From Candidatus Krumholzibacteriia bacterium (lineage in GTDB: Bacteria; Krumholzibacteriota; Krumholzibacteriia; WVZY01), in contig JBHHVD010000022.1 of the NCBI GenBank assembly GCA_046754105.1, positions 1 through 39,293 on the forward strand: 39,293 nucleotides of DNA. Direction: 5' to 3'. Below, piece by piece: positions 18,037 to 26,932 of this stretch. The notes beneath the pieces are model-generated. The model was not told the origin of the DNA. It saw only the letters and a list, made by a program, of their open reading frames with translations, and did not search any database. A program made the position numbers and the translations under genes. Numbering within the stretch: the first letter of the stretch is position 1; every line of letters begins with the position of its first letter.

Positions 18037-19200
18037 CTAAGGCTGTACGGGCGTCACCACGTTTTCGCCCACGAGAACGTCCATCAGGGCTTTCGCCCAG
18101 TACCGGTTGAACTCCGGCGTATAGTGTCTTCCCGAGTGCGCATTCATATACGGCTTCGGGTACCGCGAGATATCCGGGTATTTCCCGAGGACCTCGACGT
18201 CATTTCCAGCACTGGGCTCTGTTTGTTCCAATAGGCCCATCACTTCCCCGGCATACCAGTCCGCTGCCGTCGGCAGGATGATATGAAACAGCTTCAGTCC
18301 GCGGCCGGCGAGTAGCCGGTGAAACGAGGTTACGCCTTCCCGCATGAGGTCGCGCTGGGTCCGGGTCAGGGTGCGGCGTTTGAACGTCCGCGTCTTGGAA
18401 TAGTCCTCGGCCGAGATCGAGTCGAGCGCGACGGGCCTGCCGTTCATCGTGACGCTGCGCGGCAGCGTCTTCGGCAGCACGGTGTCGAAGGCGAAATCGA
18501 TATCCCGGAGGTAGGGATGAACGATCGCCCCGGTGTCGCTGGTCTCGTGCCGCGGCGGGTTGATCTTCAGCTTGATGATCGACCACGAGTAGGCGGCGAA
18601 ATTGACCAGGTGCGAACGGCTCCTCGCTTTGAGCTGCCGGTCGACGACCTTCCAGGCACCGATGTGATAGCCGATGGAGTTGACGTTGTCGATGGGATCG
18701 TTCGGTGCGTGAACGATGAACACGGCCGCGATGCGGGCACTCGCGTGATCGGCCAGGAATTCCGCCAGCCGCAGGTGGGACTGCAGGGTGCCGTACCCCG
18801 GGACTCCCAGGTTCACCACGCGCACCCGGCCGCCGCTGGCGCCGTGGACCCGTTCGTCCAGATCGGACGCGCACGTCTCGGTGGTTCCGACTCCCCAGCC
18901 GAAGACGTTGGAGTCCCCGCAGAGAATGATGAGTTCGTCGTCCGCCGCGACCTCGCCGAGCGCCCCCAGCCGGTGGCCCTCCGCGTCGGTCCGGATCTCC
19001 ATCGCAAAGTCCGAACCGTAAAAGGTGTGGTCGAGGTTGGGCGCGGGCTCCCATCCCAGCACTTGGTGGCCGATTATAAACCCGGGCCGGCGGCCGAACT
19101 TGTCCCCGTACGCGACGCGCAGGGCGCCTTCGGCCAGGGCGAGGGCCACCAGCAGCGCGAGGACGGCGAGGCTGCCGTTATACAGCAGGTTCCTTCTCAT
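18037..19200 (-). CDS. SGNH/GDSL hydrolase family protein, membrane anchored
   Basis: N-terminal TM (ALAEGALR), GDSNVFGWG, VVNLGVPGYGT, PND and C-terminal GRHYTP. Confidence 0.85.
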   Translation of the reverse strand: MRRNLLYNGSLAVLALLVALALAEGALRVAYGDKFGRRPGFIIGHQVLGWEPAPNLDHTFYGSDFAMEIRTDAEGHRLGALGEVAADDELIILCGDSNVFGWGVGTTETCASDLDERVHGASGGRVRVVNLGVPGYGTLQSHLRLAEFLADHASARIAAVFIVHAPNDPIDNVNSIGYHIGAWKVVDRQLKARSRSHLVNFAAYSWSIIKLKINPPRHETSDTGAIVHPYLRDIDFAFDTVLPKTLPRSVTMNGRPVALDSISAEDYSKTRTFKRRTLTRTQRDLMREGVTSFHRLLAGRGLKLFHIILPTAADWYAGEVMGLLEQTEPSAGNDVEVLGKYPDISRYPKPYMNAHSGRHYTPEFNRYWAKALMDVLVGENVVTPVQP

Positions 19201-19469
19201 GGTACGCGGGCGGCTCCTCTCGGGCGTGCAGGCGCCGGACGTCCGGCATTCCAGTATCCCGTTCCCACCGGGACAGGATAGTAGCAACGTCCACACGCCG
19301 TGTCAAAGAGGCGGCGGAATGGGTGTCATGGTTTGATACTTGCATGGCGTGCCACGGTAACCCCCTATCAAGACGTGAGAATATAGGTGATGTGATAGTT
19401 GTAAGTGATTGACATCAAGCACACAACGTCTCGATAGTTGATACAATCATACCACTTGGGAGGCACGTC

Positions 19470-20060
19470 ATGCGCAAAGTCCATGTCGTTGGACTGGCAG
19501 TTCTGGTCCTCGTTGCACAATTACTCGCCACTCCGGCGCTTGCGGGCAGCCATGCCCACTCGCGCAACGGATTCCTGCTCGGCCTCGGCCTCGGATGGGG
19601 CAATGCCGGCGCGGAGGTCCAGGGTCTCAACCCGGACCGCGCGAACAGCGGATCGGGCAACTTCCGGCTCGGTTGGGCCCTGAACGACCGCGTCACCATC
19701 GGTCTCGAGAACACCGCCTGGATCAAGGACTTCGAGATCGCGGGAACCACGGCCGACTTGAGGATGACCGGTACCGTCACCGCCTTTGCAGTCACAGTCT
19801 TCCCGCACAACATGGGTTTCTACCTGCGGGGTGGCATCGGCGTCGCCACCGGTGCCGCGAAGATCACGAGCGGCAACTTTACCTTCGACGGTACCGAGAC
19901 CGGTTTCGGCGCGCTGGCGTCGTTCGGGTACGAGTGGCGGCTGGCAGCGAAGTTCGCACTGGGGCCCCAGTTTCAGTATGCGTACCTGAACATCGACGGC
20001 GACGGCACCAACAGCGTGGACTTCGTCTCACTGACCGGCCAGGCGACCTGGTACTGGTAG
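19470..20060 (+). CDS. Outer-membrane beta-barrel (porin-like) protein
   Basis: Signal peptide ending ALA, amphipathic strands (GFYLRGGIG, FGYEWRL) and aromatic C-terminus TWYW. GGGAGG RBS. Confidence 0.85.
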   Translation: MRKVHVVGLAVLVLVAQLLATPALAGSHAHSRNGFLLGLGLGWGNAGAEVQGLNPDRANSGSGNFRLGWALNDRVTIGLENTAWIKDFEIAGTTADLRMTGTVTAFAVTVFPHNMGFYLRGGIGVATGAAKITSGNFTFDGTETGFGALASFGYEWRLAAKFALGPQFQYAYLNIDGDGTNSVDFVSLTGQATWYW

Positions 20061-20112
20061 AAACAAGTCGGCGCCCGGGGATTCGGGAGACCCGTCGCGG
20101 AATCGAGAAGGG

Positions 20113-20559
20113 CTATGCGTAATCGCCGGGGATTGTGTGCTCGTCGGTCTCGTCGTGCCATATCAGCGAGGCGACCCGCCACACTCCGCTCGTCTGGATG
20201 AACTGGATACTGTTGACACTGCGGGAGAGGATGTCGGGCTGGTCGGGGTCCATTCGCGCCTCGTAGATGCTCAGCCGCTGGGCGATCTTGCCGAAGACCT
20301 TCGTGTGCCCGGCCAGCTCGGTTTCGTGCAGCGCCTCGAGCGAGCCGTTGGTTATCTGCAAGCGCAGCGCCTCGATGAACTGGTCGACGCTCATGATGAC
20401 GGGGCTGTCGTCGTTGTTATTGATGAGCGTGCCCTCCGGGATGAACAGCCGCTGCAGCTGCGCGAGATCCGGCTCCCCGCCCTTGCGGAAACAAATGCTC
20501 TCATAAATAGACTCCGTCACGCGGTCGATGGCGTTCAGTGCGAGTGTGTGTGCGTCCAT
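20113..20559 (-). CDS. NTF2/SnoaL-like fold protein
   Basis: E.EL...T.VFGKIAQRLS.YE...SVNSIQF.....WRVASLIW pattern. GAGAGG RBS. Confidence 0.78.
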   Translation of the reverse strand: MDAHTLALNAIDRVTESIYESICFRKGGEPDLAQLQRLFIPEGTLINNNDDSPVIMSVDQFIEALRLQITNGSLEALHETELAGHTKVFGKIAQRLSIYEARMDPDQPDILSRSVNSIQFIQTSGVWRVASLIWHDETDEHTIPGDYA

Positions 20560-20634
20560 GTGGACCTCTCTTGCCGCGCAACGGCATGGGGTCTTTGTTT
20601 GTGCCCCACTTCGCCGCGCCGGTTGCGGTTCGCC

Positions 20635-20880
20635 TCACGCGGGCGATCGTGAGTAGGCGGCCTCGTCGATCAGGTGCGGGGCCGGTACCCGTCTCCTCAC
20701 GTATTTGAACGCGAAGAGCTTATCCGGGGCGCGCCCGTTGCCCTGGATGATACCATCGATCTCCACACAAAAGCCATTGCACGAAAAACGCACGTGGGTC
20801 TCGACGGCGCCGCCAAACATCTCGCCTAGTTTCCTGACGGCGAGCTGCTCGACGGCCGCGCGAAACGTCGCACGGCTCAT
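20635..20880 (-). CDS. Short hypothetical protein, possibly a PD-(D/E)XK-like remnant
   Basis: Protein-like composition (VEQLAVRKL...VEIDGII...LFAFKY). No clear RBS. Confidence 0.35.
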   Translation of the reverse strand: MSRATFRAAVEQLAVRKLGEMFGGAVETHVRFSCNGFCVEIDGIIQGNGRAPDKLFAFKYVRRRVPAPHLIDEAAYSRSPA

Positions 20881-21171
20881 CCGCGGGCGCGTGGCGGCCC
20901 CGGGGCGCCTTCCCAGGTGCCGCGATTTGCGAAACCCGGGGGGCTCCGGAGACACTGCAATCCACTTGTCAGCAGTACCGACGTACGCTGCAAATTCTGC
21001 ACCCGCCGGGCTCGCCGGTGGCCATTGCCGGGGCCGCCGCCGGCTCGGCGGTCTCCCGGACGGTGGGGTCGGTGGTGGGGTGCCAACGCCCAGGGGGCGG
21101 CGGGTTGGAAAACGGGCACCCGGGCCGGCGGCCGGGCCCGGTGCTCCGCTGGCGGCGCGCGCTGTGTCGGC

Positions 21172-21225
21172 ATGATAAATATCATTAAAATAACCCGGGC
21201 CGGATCGAGGGACGGATGCTATATT
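21172..21225 (+). promoter_or_regulatory. Putative promoter of the glycine-riboswitch operon: palindrome ATGATA-AA-TATCAT plus extended -10 TGCTATATT
   Basis: Palindrome at 21172-21185 and TGCTATATT at 21217-21225, in an AT-rich patch just upstream of the riboswitch. Confidence 0.55.
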
Positions 21226-21256
21226 TAACCAAGTTACGAAATACTTTGGTTGTTTT

Positions 21257-21450
21257 GGGCAGAGTCGCAGGAGAGACCCGCACCGCGTGCGGGCGCCGAA
21301 GGGGCAAGGTCACGGAATGGGGGCCGAAACTCTCAGGCAAAAGGACTGGGCTCTGGTGTCTCCTGGAAAGTTCCGGGGCCTTGGCCTGGGCACCGACGGG
21401 GTAAGCCCTCGCGAGAGCGGGGTAATCTCTCAGGTAAAAGAGACAGGGGC
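21257..21450 (+). ncRNA. Tandem glycine riboswitch (two aptamers)
   Basis: Aptamer 1: GGAGAGAC...CGCCGAAGGGGCAA...ACTCTCAGGCAAAAGGAC. Aptamer 2: CTGGAAAG...CACCGACGGGGTAA...TCTCTCAGGTAAAAGAGACAG. P1 stems pair (GAGTCGCAG/CTGGGCTC and CTCCTG/CAGGGG). Confidence 0.95.
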
Positions 21451-21477
21451 GGAATCGTTTTGCTCCTGTATTTTTTT
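21443..21477 (+). terminator. Riboswitch expression-platform intrinsic terminator
   Basis: ACAGGGGCGGAA-TCG-TTTTGCTCCTGT hairpin followed by A-T7. Its 5' arm is the 3' P1 strand of aptamer 2, which implies an ON switch. Confidence 0.85.
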
Positions 21478-21507
21478 GGGCGGGCGTTACTTCGGGAGGG
21501 TTAGAAC

Positions 21508-22806
21508 ATGAATCGCTTCGCCGAACGTATCGGCCGGCTCGGTACGGAGAACGCATTCAAGATTGGTGTCGACATCCGCCGTTGCGAGGACGACGGCATG
21601 AAGGTGATAAAGCTCAACCTCGGTGAGCCCGATTTCGACAGCGCCGACAACATAAACCAGGTCGCGATCGAGAACATCCGCACGGGGAATTCCCACTATA
21701 CGGATCCGCAGGGCATCATGCCGCTCCGAGAGGCGGTCGCGCGCCAGGTGTCCCGCACACGCGGCGTCGAGGTTTCCACCGACCGCGTGGTCGTGACCAC
21801 CGGTGCCAAGCCCCCGATTTCCTACACCATGATGGTGCACGTGAACCCCGGTGACGAGGTCATCTACCCGAGCCCCGGGTTTCCGATCTACGAGTCATGG
21901 GTGACCTTCGTTGGCGGCGTGCCGGTGCCGCTGCACCTCGAAGAGGAAAAGGGATTCCGGTTCGACGCGGGCGACCTGGAAAAACTCATCACGCCGAAGA
22001 CAAGAGTGCTGATTATCAACTCGCCGTCGAACCCGACGGGTGGCGTCCTGACGGCCGCCGATCTCGAGGACATCGCACGCGTCATCCGCGACAAGGCACC
22101 CCCCGGTGTCCGCGTCTATTCGGACGAGGTCTACGAGGACATCATTTTCGACGGCAAGCAGCACCAGAGCATCGCGTCCCTGCCCGGAATGGAGGACAAG
22201 ACCATCCTGGTCAGCGGTCACTCGAAATCGTACGCGATGACGGGGTGGCGCCTGGGGTACGCCGTGCTGCCGACGGCCGAAGAGGCGACGCTGTTCAAAC
22301 AACTCAACATAAACATCATCTCGTGCACGCCGCCTTTCATACAGGAGGCGGGCAGGGAAGCGCTCGAAAACCCGACCAACGAACGGGTCATCGCCGAGAT
22401 GGTCGGCGAGTTCCAGGAGCGGCGCGACATGGTAGTGAAGGGTTTGAACGAAACCGACGGCATCCACTGCGCCATGCCCGAGGGGGCGTTCTACGTGTTC
22501 CCGAACGTCGCCGGCGCGTGTGACAAGCTGGGCGTCCTCGACGCCTACGAGCGACTCGACACCGAGAGCAAACAAAAAACGACCCCGGCCACGCTCTTCC
22601 AGATGTTCGCACTCTACCGGCACGGTGTGGCGACCATGGACCGGAGGTCCTTCGGCGCGATCGGCAGCGAGGGCAAACACTACCTCCGGCTCTCCACGGC
22701 GACCGACATGGCGTCGCTGGAAGACGGGTTGGGGCGCATCCGCGCGGCGGCCGCCGACCGGGCGGGTTTCGACGCCTTCCTAAACGAGGGACGGTATCTG
22801 TACTGA
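21508..22806 (+). CDS. PLP-dependent aminotransferase class I/II (aspartate aminotransferase-like)
   Basis: LNLGEPDF, YTDPQG, NSPSNPTG, SDEVY, SKSYAMTGWRLG (PLP Lys), GAFYVF and LRLS motifs. GGAGG RBS. Confidence 0.94.
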   Translation: MNRFAERIGRLGTENAFKIGVDIRRCEDDGMKVIKLNLGEPDFDSADNINQVAIENIRTGNSHYTDPQGIMPLREAVARQVSRTRGVEVSTDRVVVTTGAKPPISYTMMVHVNPGDEVIYPSPGFPIYESWVTFVGGVPVPLHLEEEKGFRFDAGDLEKLITPKTRVLIINSPSNPTGGVLTAADLEDIARVIRDKAPPGVRVYSDEVYEDIIFDGKQHQSIASLPGMEDKTILVSGHSKSYAMTGWRLGYAVLPTAEEATLFKQLNINIISCTPPFIQEAGREALENPTNERVIAEMVGEFQERRDMVVKGLNETDGIHCAMPEGAFYVFPNVAGACDKLGVLDAYERLDTESKQKTTPATLFQMFALYRHGVATMDRRSFGAIGSEGKHYLRLSTATDMASLEDGLGRIRAAAADRAGFDAFLNEGRYLY

Positions 22807-22822
22807 CGCGAAGGAGCCAGAG

Positions 22823-25186
22823 ATGACGTTCACATTAGGGCCGCGGCGCGGCGCGTACATCGACATCCGTGACGAGGTCAACACGGCGGGCAACCCGCTC
22901 GCTGCGGATGACGTGGAGGTGTTGGAGACGTTCGACCTCGTCTACCGCTCGCTGTGCGCGGCGCTCTACAACTACGTGCCCATGTCGGGGCATCCGGGCG
23001 GGTCGATTTCATCGGGGCGTTTTGTCTCCGGTATTCTCTTCGACTCGATGGACTACGACGTATCCAGCCCCGACCGCGAAGACGCCGACATGGTCTCCTA
23101 CGCAGCCGGCCACAAGGCGCTCGGGCTCTACGCCATGTGGGCACTGCGCAACGAGATGATGCTCATCGGCGCACCCGAGCTGGTACCCGAGGACGTGCGC
23201 TTCCAGCTGCGGATCGAGGACCTGCTCGGATTCCGGCGCAACCCCACGGCAGCCACGCCGCTGTTCCGCGAGTTCAACGCCAAAGCGCTCGACGGGCATC
23301 CCACACCGGGTACTCCGTTCGTACGGCTGGCCACCGGCGCCTCGGGTGTCGGTATGGGCACGTCGCTCGGTCTCGCCTGGGGCGCGGCCGACTACTATCG
23401 CGACGATCCACCCCGCGTCCACATTGTCGAAGGCGAGGGAGGCATGACGCCGGGACGCGTCGGAGAGGCGATGGCGGCGGCGGGCACGGCGTCCTTGAGA
23501 AACGTCGTCCTGCACGTGGACTGGAATCAGGCCTCGATCGACTCGAACCACGTCTGCCGCGACGGCGACGCGCCGGGTGACTACGTGCAGTGGACACCGG
23601 CGGAGTTCGCTTATCTCCACGACTGGAACGTGATCTACGTTCCCGACGGCACGGACTTTCAACAGGTCATCGCCGCACAGCGCAAGGCACTTCGCCTCGA
23701 TAACCACCAGCCGACAGCGATCGTCTACCGGACGACCAAGGGGTGGCAGTACGGCATCATGGGCAAGGCGTCGCACGGCGCGGGCCATAAACTGTGCAGC
23801 GACGGTTTCTTCGAGGCGCTGCAGCCGCTGCTCGAAAAAACCGGCGGCGCCCTGCCGCACTGTGACTGTGAGACGGCGGGGCAGCGCTGCGCCGGCGGCA
23901 CGGCGACCGAGGTGGTGGAGGAATGCTTCTGGGACGCGCTGATGACACTGCGCACGTCGCTCGATGCGAACCGCCGCGTGGCCGATGCAATGGCGAAACG
24001 CCTGGTGGAGGCGCGTGAGCGACTCGACGTTCGCGGCCGCACGCCGCGCAAAGGTGCCCCGAACGTGGCAGCCATATTCGACCTGGCGGAGCGGGCGGAC
24101 GGCGCACCGGATGCGCTGAGGCCAAAGCCCGGTACGTCGACGACGCTTCGCGGCGAGTTGGGTAAAGTCCTTCAGCACTACAACCAGGCGAGCGGTGGGG
24201 CGGTGTTCGCAGCGGCGGCGGACCTCCTCGGCTCCACGAGTGTCAACACCATCGGCAAGGGGTTTGGCGACGGCTACTATAACGCCGAGACCAACCCCGA
24301 TGCGCGCCTGCTTTCGGTCGGGGGTATCTGTGAAGACGCGATGGCCGGCGTGCTCTCCGGGCTTTCGACCTACGGGCGCCACATTGGTGTCGGCTCGTCG
24401 TACGGCGCCTTCAACGCGCCGCTGGGACACATCGCCGCCCGCCTGCACGCCATCGGCAACCAGGCGCGACAGGCGGTGACCCACGAGCCGTACCGTCCCT
24501 TCTTCCTGGTGTGCGCGCACGCCGGTGTCAAGACCGGTGAGGACGGCCCGACGCACGCGGACCCGCAGGCGCTTCAGCTCGTGCAGGAGAATTTTCCGCG
24601 CTCTACGATGATAACGCTTACGCCGTGGGACCCGCAGGAGGTATGGCACCTCGTGTCCGCTGCCCTCGCAGCCAGGCCCGCGGTGGTCGCGCCGTTCGTC
24701 ACACGGCCGTCCGAGGCCGTTCTCGACCGCGAAGCGATGGGACTCGCCCCGGCGGACGCTGCGAAGAGCGGCGTCTACGAGCTTCGAAGCGCGAGCGGTA
24801 GTGGGGACGGCACCGTCGTGCTGCAGGGCAGCGACGTTGCCTACGCCTTCGTCAACGGGGCGCTCGGGCTGCTCGAGAGCGAAGGGCTCGATCTCAACGT
24901 GTACTACGTCGCCAGCGCGGAGCTCTTCGACCTCTTGGCGCCCGAGGAGCGGGAGCGGATCTTTCCGGCGGCGCGCGCCGAAGAGGCCATGGGTATTACG
25001 GGATTTACGCTGCCGACCATGTACCGGTGGATCCGTTCGGCACGCGGGCGCAACGCGACGATGCATCCCTTTGCGCGGGGACATTATCTGGGAAGCGGCC
25101 AGGCGCACATGGTGCTGGCCGAAGCGGGGCTCGACGGGGAGAGCCAGTTCAAAGCCATCCTCAGCTACGTCAAGGACCGGGCCTAG
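22823..25186 (+). CDS. Divergent transketolase-family ThDP-dependent enzyme
   Basis: SGHPGG, AGH, GHP, GEG-x(27)-N ThDP motif, SHG, ADLLGS, GICE and GEDGPTH. AAGGAG RBS, 16 nt after the aminotransferase. Confidence 0.88.
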   Translation: MTFTLGPRRGAYIDIRDEVNTAGNPLAADDVEVLETFDLVYRSLCAALYNYVPMSGHPGGSISSGRFVSGILFDSMDYDVSSPDREDADMVSYAAGHKALGLYAMWALRNEMMLIGAPELVPEDVRFQLRIEDLLGFRRNPTAATPLFREFNAKALDGHPTPGTPFVRLATGASGVGMGTSLGLAWGAADYYRDDPPRVHIVEGEGGMTPGRVGEAMAAAGTASLRNVVLHVDWNQASIDSNHVCRDGDAPGDYVQWTPAEFAYLHDWNVIYVPDGTDFQQVIAAQRKALRLDNHQPTAIVYRTTKGWQYGIMGKASHGAGHKLCSDGFFEALQPLLEKTGGALPHCDCETAGQRCAGGTATEVVEECFWDALMTLRTSLDANRRVADAMAKRLVEARERLDVRGRTPRKGAPNVAAIFDLAERADGAPDALRPKPGTSTTLRGELGKVLQHYNQASGGAVFAAAADLLGSTSVNTIGKGFGDGYYNAETNPDARLLSVGGICEDAMAGVLSGLSTYGRHIGVGSSYGAFNAPLGHIAARLHAIGNQARQAVTHEPYRPFFLVCAHAGVKTGEDGPTHADPQALQLVQENFPRSTMITLTPWDPQEVWHLVSAALAARPAVVAPFVTRPSEAVLDREAMGLAPADAAKSGVYELRSASGSGDGTVVLQGSDVAYAFVNGALGLLESEGLDLNVYYVASAELFDLLAPEERERIFPAARAEEAMGITGFTLPTMYRWIRSARGRNATMHPFARGHYLGSGQAHMVLAEAGLDGESQFKAILSYVKDRA

Positions 25187-25231
25187 CGTTTACCGCGCGC
25201 GAGGCCCGGCACACAAAACCGACGGGAAGTC

Positions 25232-26923
25232 ATGCGTCAAAAACACCATCGAAATCCGATCGTGCGCGCCCTGGGCTCGCTCAAACTCACCCTGGCCATA
25301 CTCGCCGTCTTCGCCGTCGCCATCGCGGTGGCGACGTTCGTCGAGTCGCGCTACGGCTCGGCGGGCGCTCGCGCGCTGATTTACAACGCGCGCTGGTTCG
25401 AGGCGCTGCTCGCGCTGCTGGTGGTGAACCTCGTTGTCGCACTCGCCGCCAACGTTCCGTATCGCAAACACCAGACCGGCTACGTCGTTACGCACATCGC
25501 GTTCGTCATCGTCATGATCGGTGCCGGCATCACGCGATTCTTCGCCTACGAGGGCAGCATGCCGATTCGCGAGGGGCAAGCCACCGATTATGTCTACTCG
25601 AGCCGGGACTACGTGCAGCTGCAGGTCGGCGAAGAGACGGCCGCCTTTCCGGTGCGGTTCTACAAGCCGGGCACCGACGTGGCCGCGCGTGACCTCGTGG
25701 TAGGGGACGAGCGCTTCCGGGTGGCGGTCGAACAGTACTGGCCGCACGTAGACGAGAGACTCGTCGAAGCAGAGGGCGGTCAACCGGTACTGGTCTACGG
25801 CGGCACGGGGTCACCGGGTGAGGGGCACGCCGCCATGCACGGTGGCGACTCGCTGCGGGCCGGCGGGGTCACCGTCCATTTTATGGCGCAAGAGCGGGCA
25901 CGCGCCGGGGGCGCGGCCGAACGGGGTGAAATGGTAGTCTCCATGGGCGGCGGCACACACCGGCTCGCCGTGCCGGCCAAACCGCCGGCGGAAATCACCG
26001 CCGGGGGATACCGCTTCCGCATCACCGAACTGGCGCCGGATTTCCGGGTGGGCGCCGAGCCGGACCCGGGCGCCGCGATGAACAACCCGGCCATCCGCGT
26101 GGCGATCACGGCTCCCGACGGCACGGCCGGCGAACGGCTGCTCTTCGCATTTCACCCGGAATTCAACATGGGGCATGCCGGAGCGGATTCTGTGTTTGCA
26201 ACTATAGCTATGACTTATGATTATGGGCGTCATCTCTACTTGTTTGCGAAGGAAGGGGAGTCCCTTTCCGGTGTCGCCGACTTCGACCTCTTCGTGGGGG
26301 GCGGCGAGACACCGGAGCGGGCTGCGGCCGGTGATACGTTCGCGGTCGCCGAGGGAGCCGTGCTGCGGGCGGGAGGTTTTGCATTTCTCCCCGTCGCCTA
26401 CTGGCCGTCGGCAGTGCACACGCCGGTTGCGAGTGACGACGAGAACCTGCCGCCGGGCGCACGGATCGCCGTCTCGGACGATGCGGGCAACGCCGGCGCC
26501 GCGCTGGTCAAGAAGTGGGAGGAAGGGACGCGCGTCGACCTCGAGGGGCGCGAGGTCGAGGTGACGTTCGGTCCCATCCGGATCGACCTGCCGTACCGCC
26601 TCCACCTCGACGACTTCGTCCTGGTCACCTACCCGGGCAGCGACAACCCGGCGAGCTTCGAGAGCCACGTTCGGATCTACGACGACGAACGGGGCGTCGA
26701 CGGCCGGCCGGCACGCATTTATATGAACCACCCGCTGACCTACCGCGGCTTCAAACATTTCCAGTCGTCGTACGACCGCGACCGCCGCGGCACCGTCTTG
26801 TCCGTCAACCACGACCCGGGCAAGCTGCCCACGTACATCGGGTACTTCTTTGTCGGGTTGGGTTTCATTATAACGCTCACCCGGGGCATCGTCTGGAACC
26901 GGCGCCCCGCGGGACCGCGATAG
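25232..26923 (+). CDS. resB: Cytochrome c biogenesis protein ResB/CcsB (system II)
   Basis: Three N-terminal TMs with THIAF His, large periplasmic domain, and YPGS.NP.SFES, IYMNHPL.Y.G...FQSSY and SVNHDPG motifs. Confidence 0.88.
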   Translation: MRQKHHRNPIVRALGSLKLTLAILAVFAVAIAVATFVESRYGSAGARALIYNARWFEALLALLVVNLVVALAANVPYRKHQTGYVVTHIAFVIVMIGAGITRFFAYEGSMPIREGQATDYVYSSRDYVQLQVGEETAAFPVRFYKPGTDVAARDLVVGDERFRVAVEQYWPHVDERLVEAEGGQPVLVYGGTGSPGEGHAAMHGGDSLRAGGVTVHFMAQERARAGGAAERGEMVVSMGGGTHRLAVPAKPPAEITAGGYRFRITELAPDFRVGAEPDPGAAMNNPAIRVAITAPDGTAGERLLFAFHPEFNMGHAGADSVFATIAMTYDYGRHLYLFAKEGESLSGVADFDLFVGGGETPERAAAGDTFAVAEGAVLRAGGFAFLPVAYWPSAVHTPVASDDENLPPGARIAVSDDAGNAGAALVKKWEEGTRVDLEGREVEVTFGPIRIDLPYRLHLDDFVLVTYPGSDNPASFESHVRIYDDERGVDGRPARIYMNHPLTYRGFKHFQSSYDRDRRGTVLSVNHDPGKLPTYIGYFFVGLGFIITLTRGIVWNRRPAGPR

Positions 26924-26932
26924 GAGTTTGAC

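Noticed and set aside
20990..21165. Very GC-rich inverted repeats (also near 1497-1521 and 31347-31372) as a possible REP/MITE family or ncRNA
   Set aside because: The similarity is only low-complexity GC. I found no consistent unit, terminal repeats or recognisable RNA motif.
23009..25108. 699-aa minus-strand ORF (and the similar 9436-11190 ORF)
   Set aside because: Antisense shadows of well-supported plus-strand genes.
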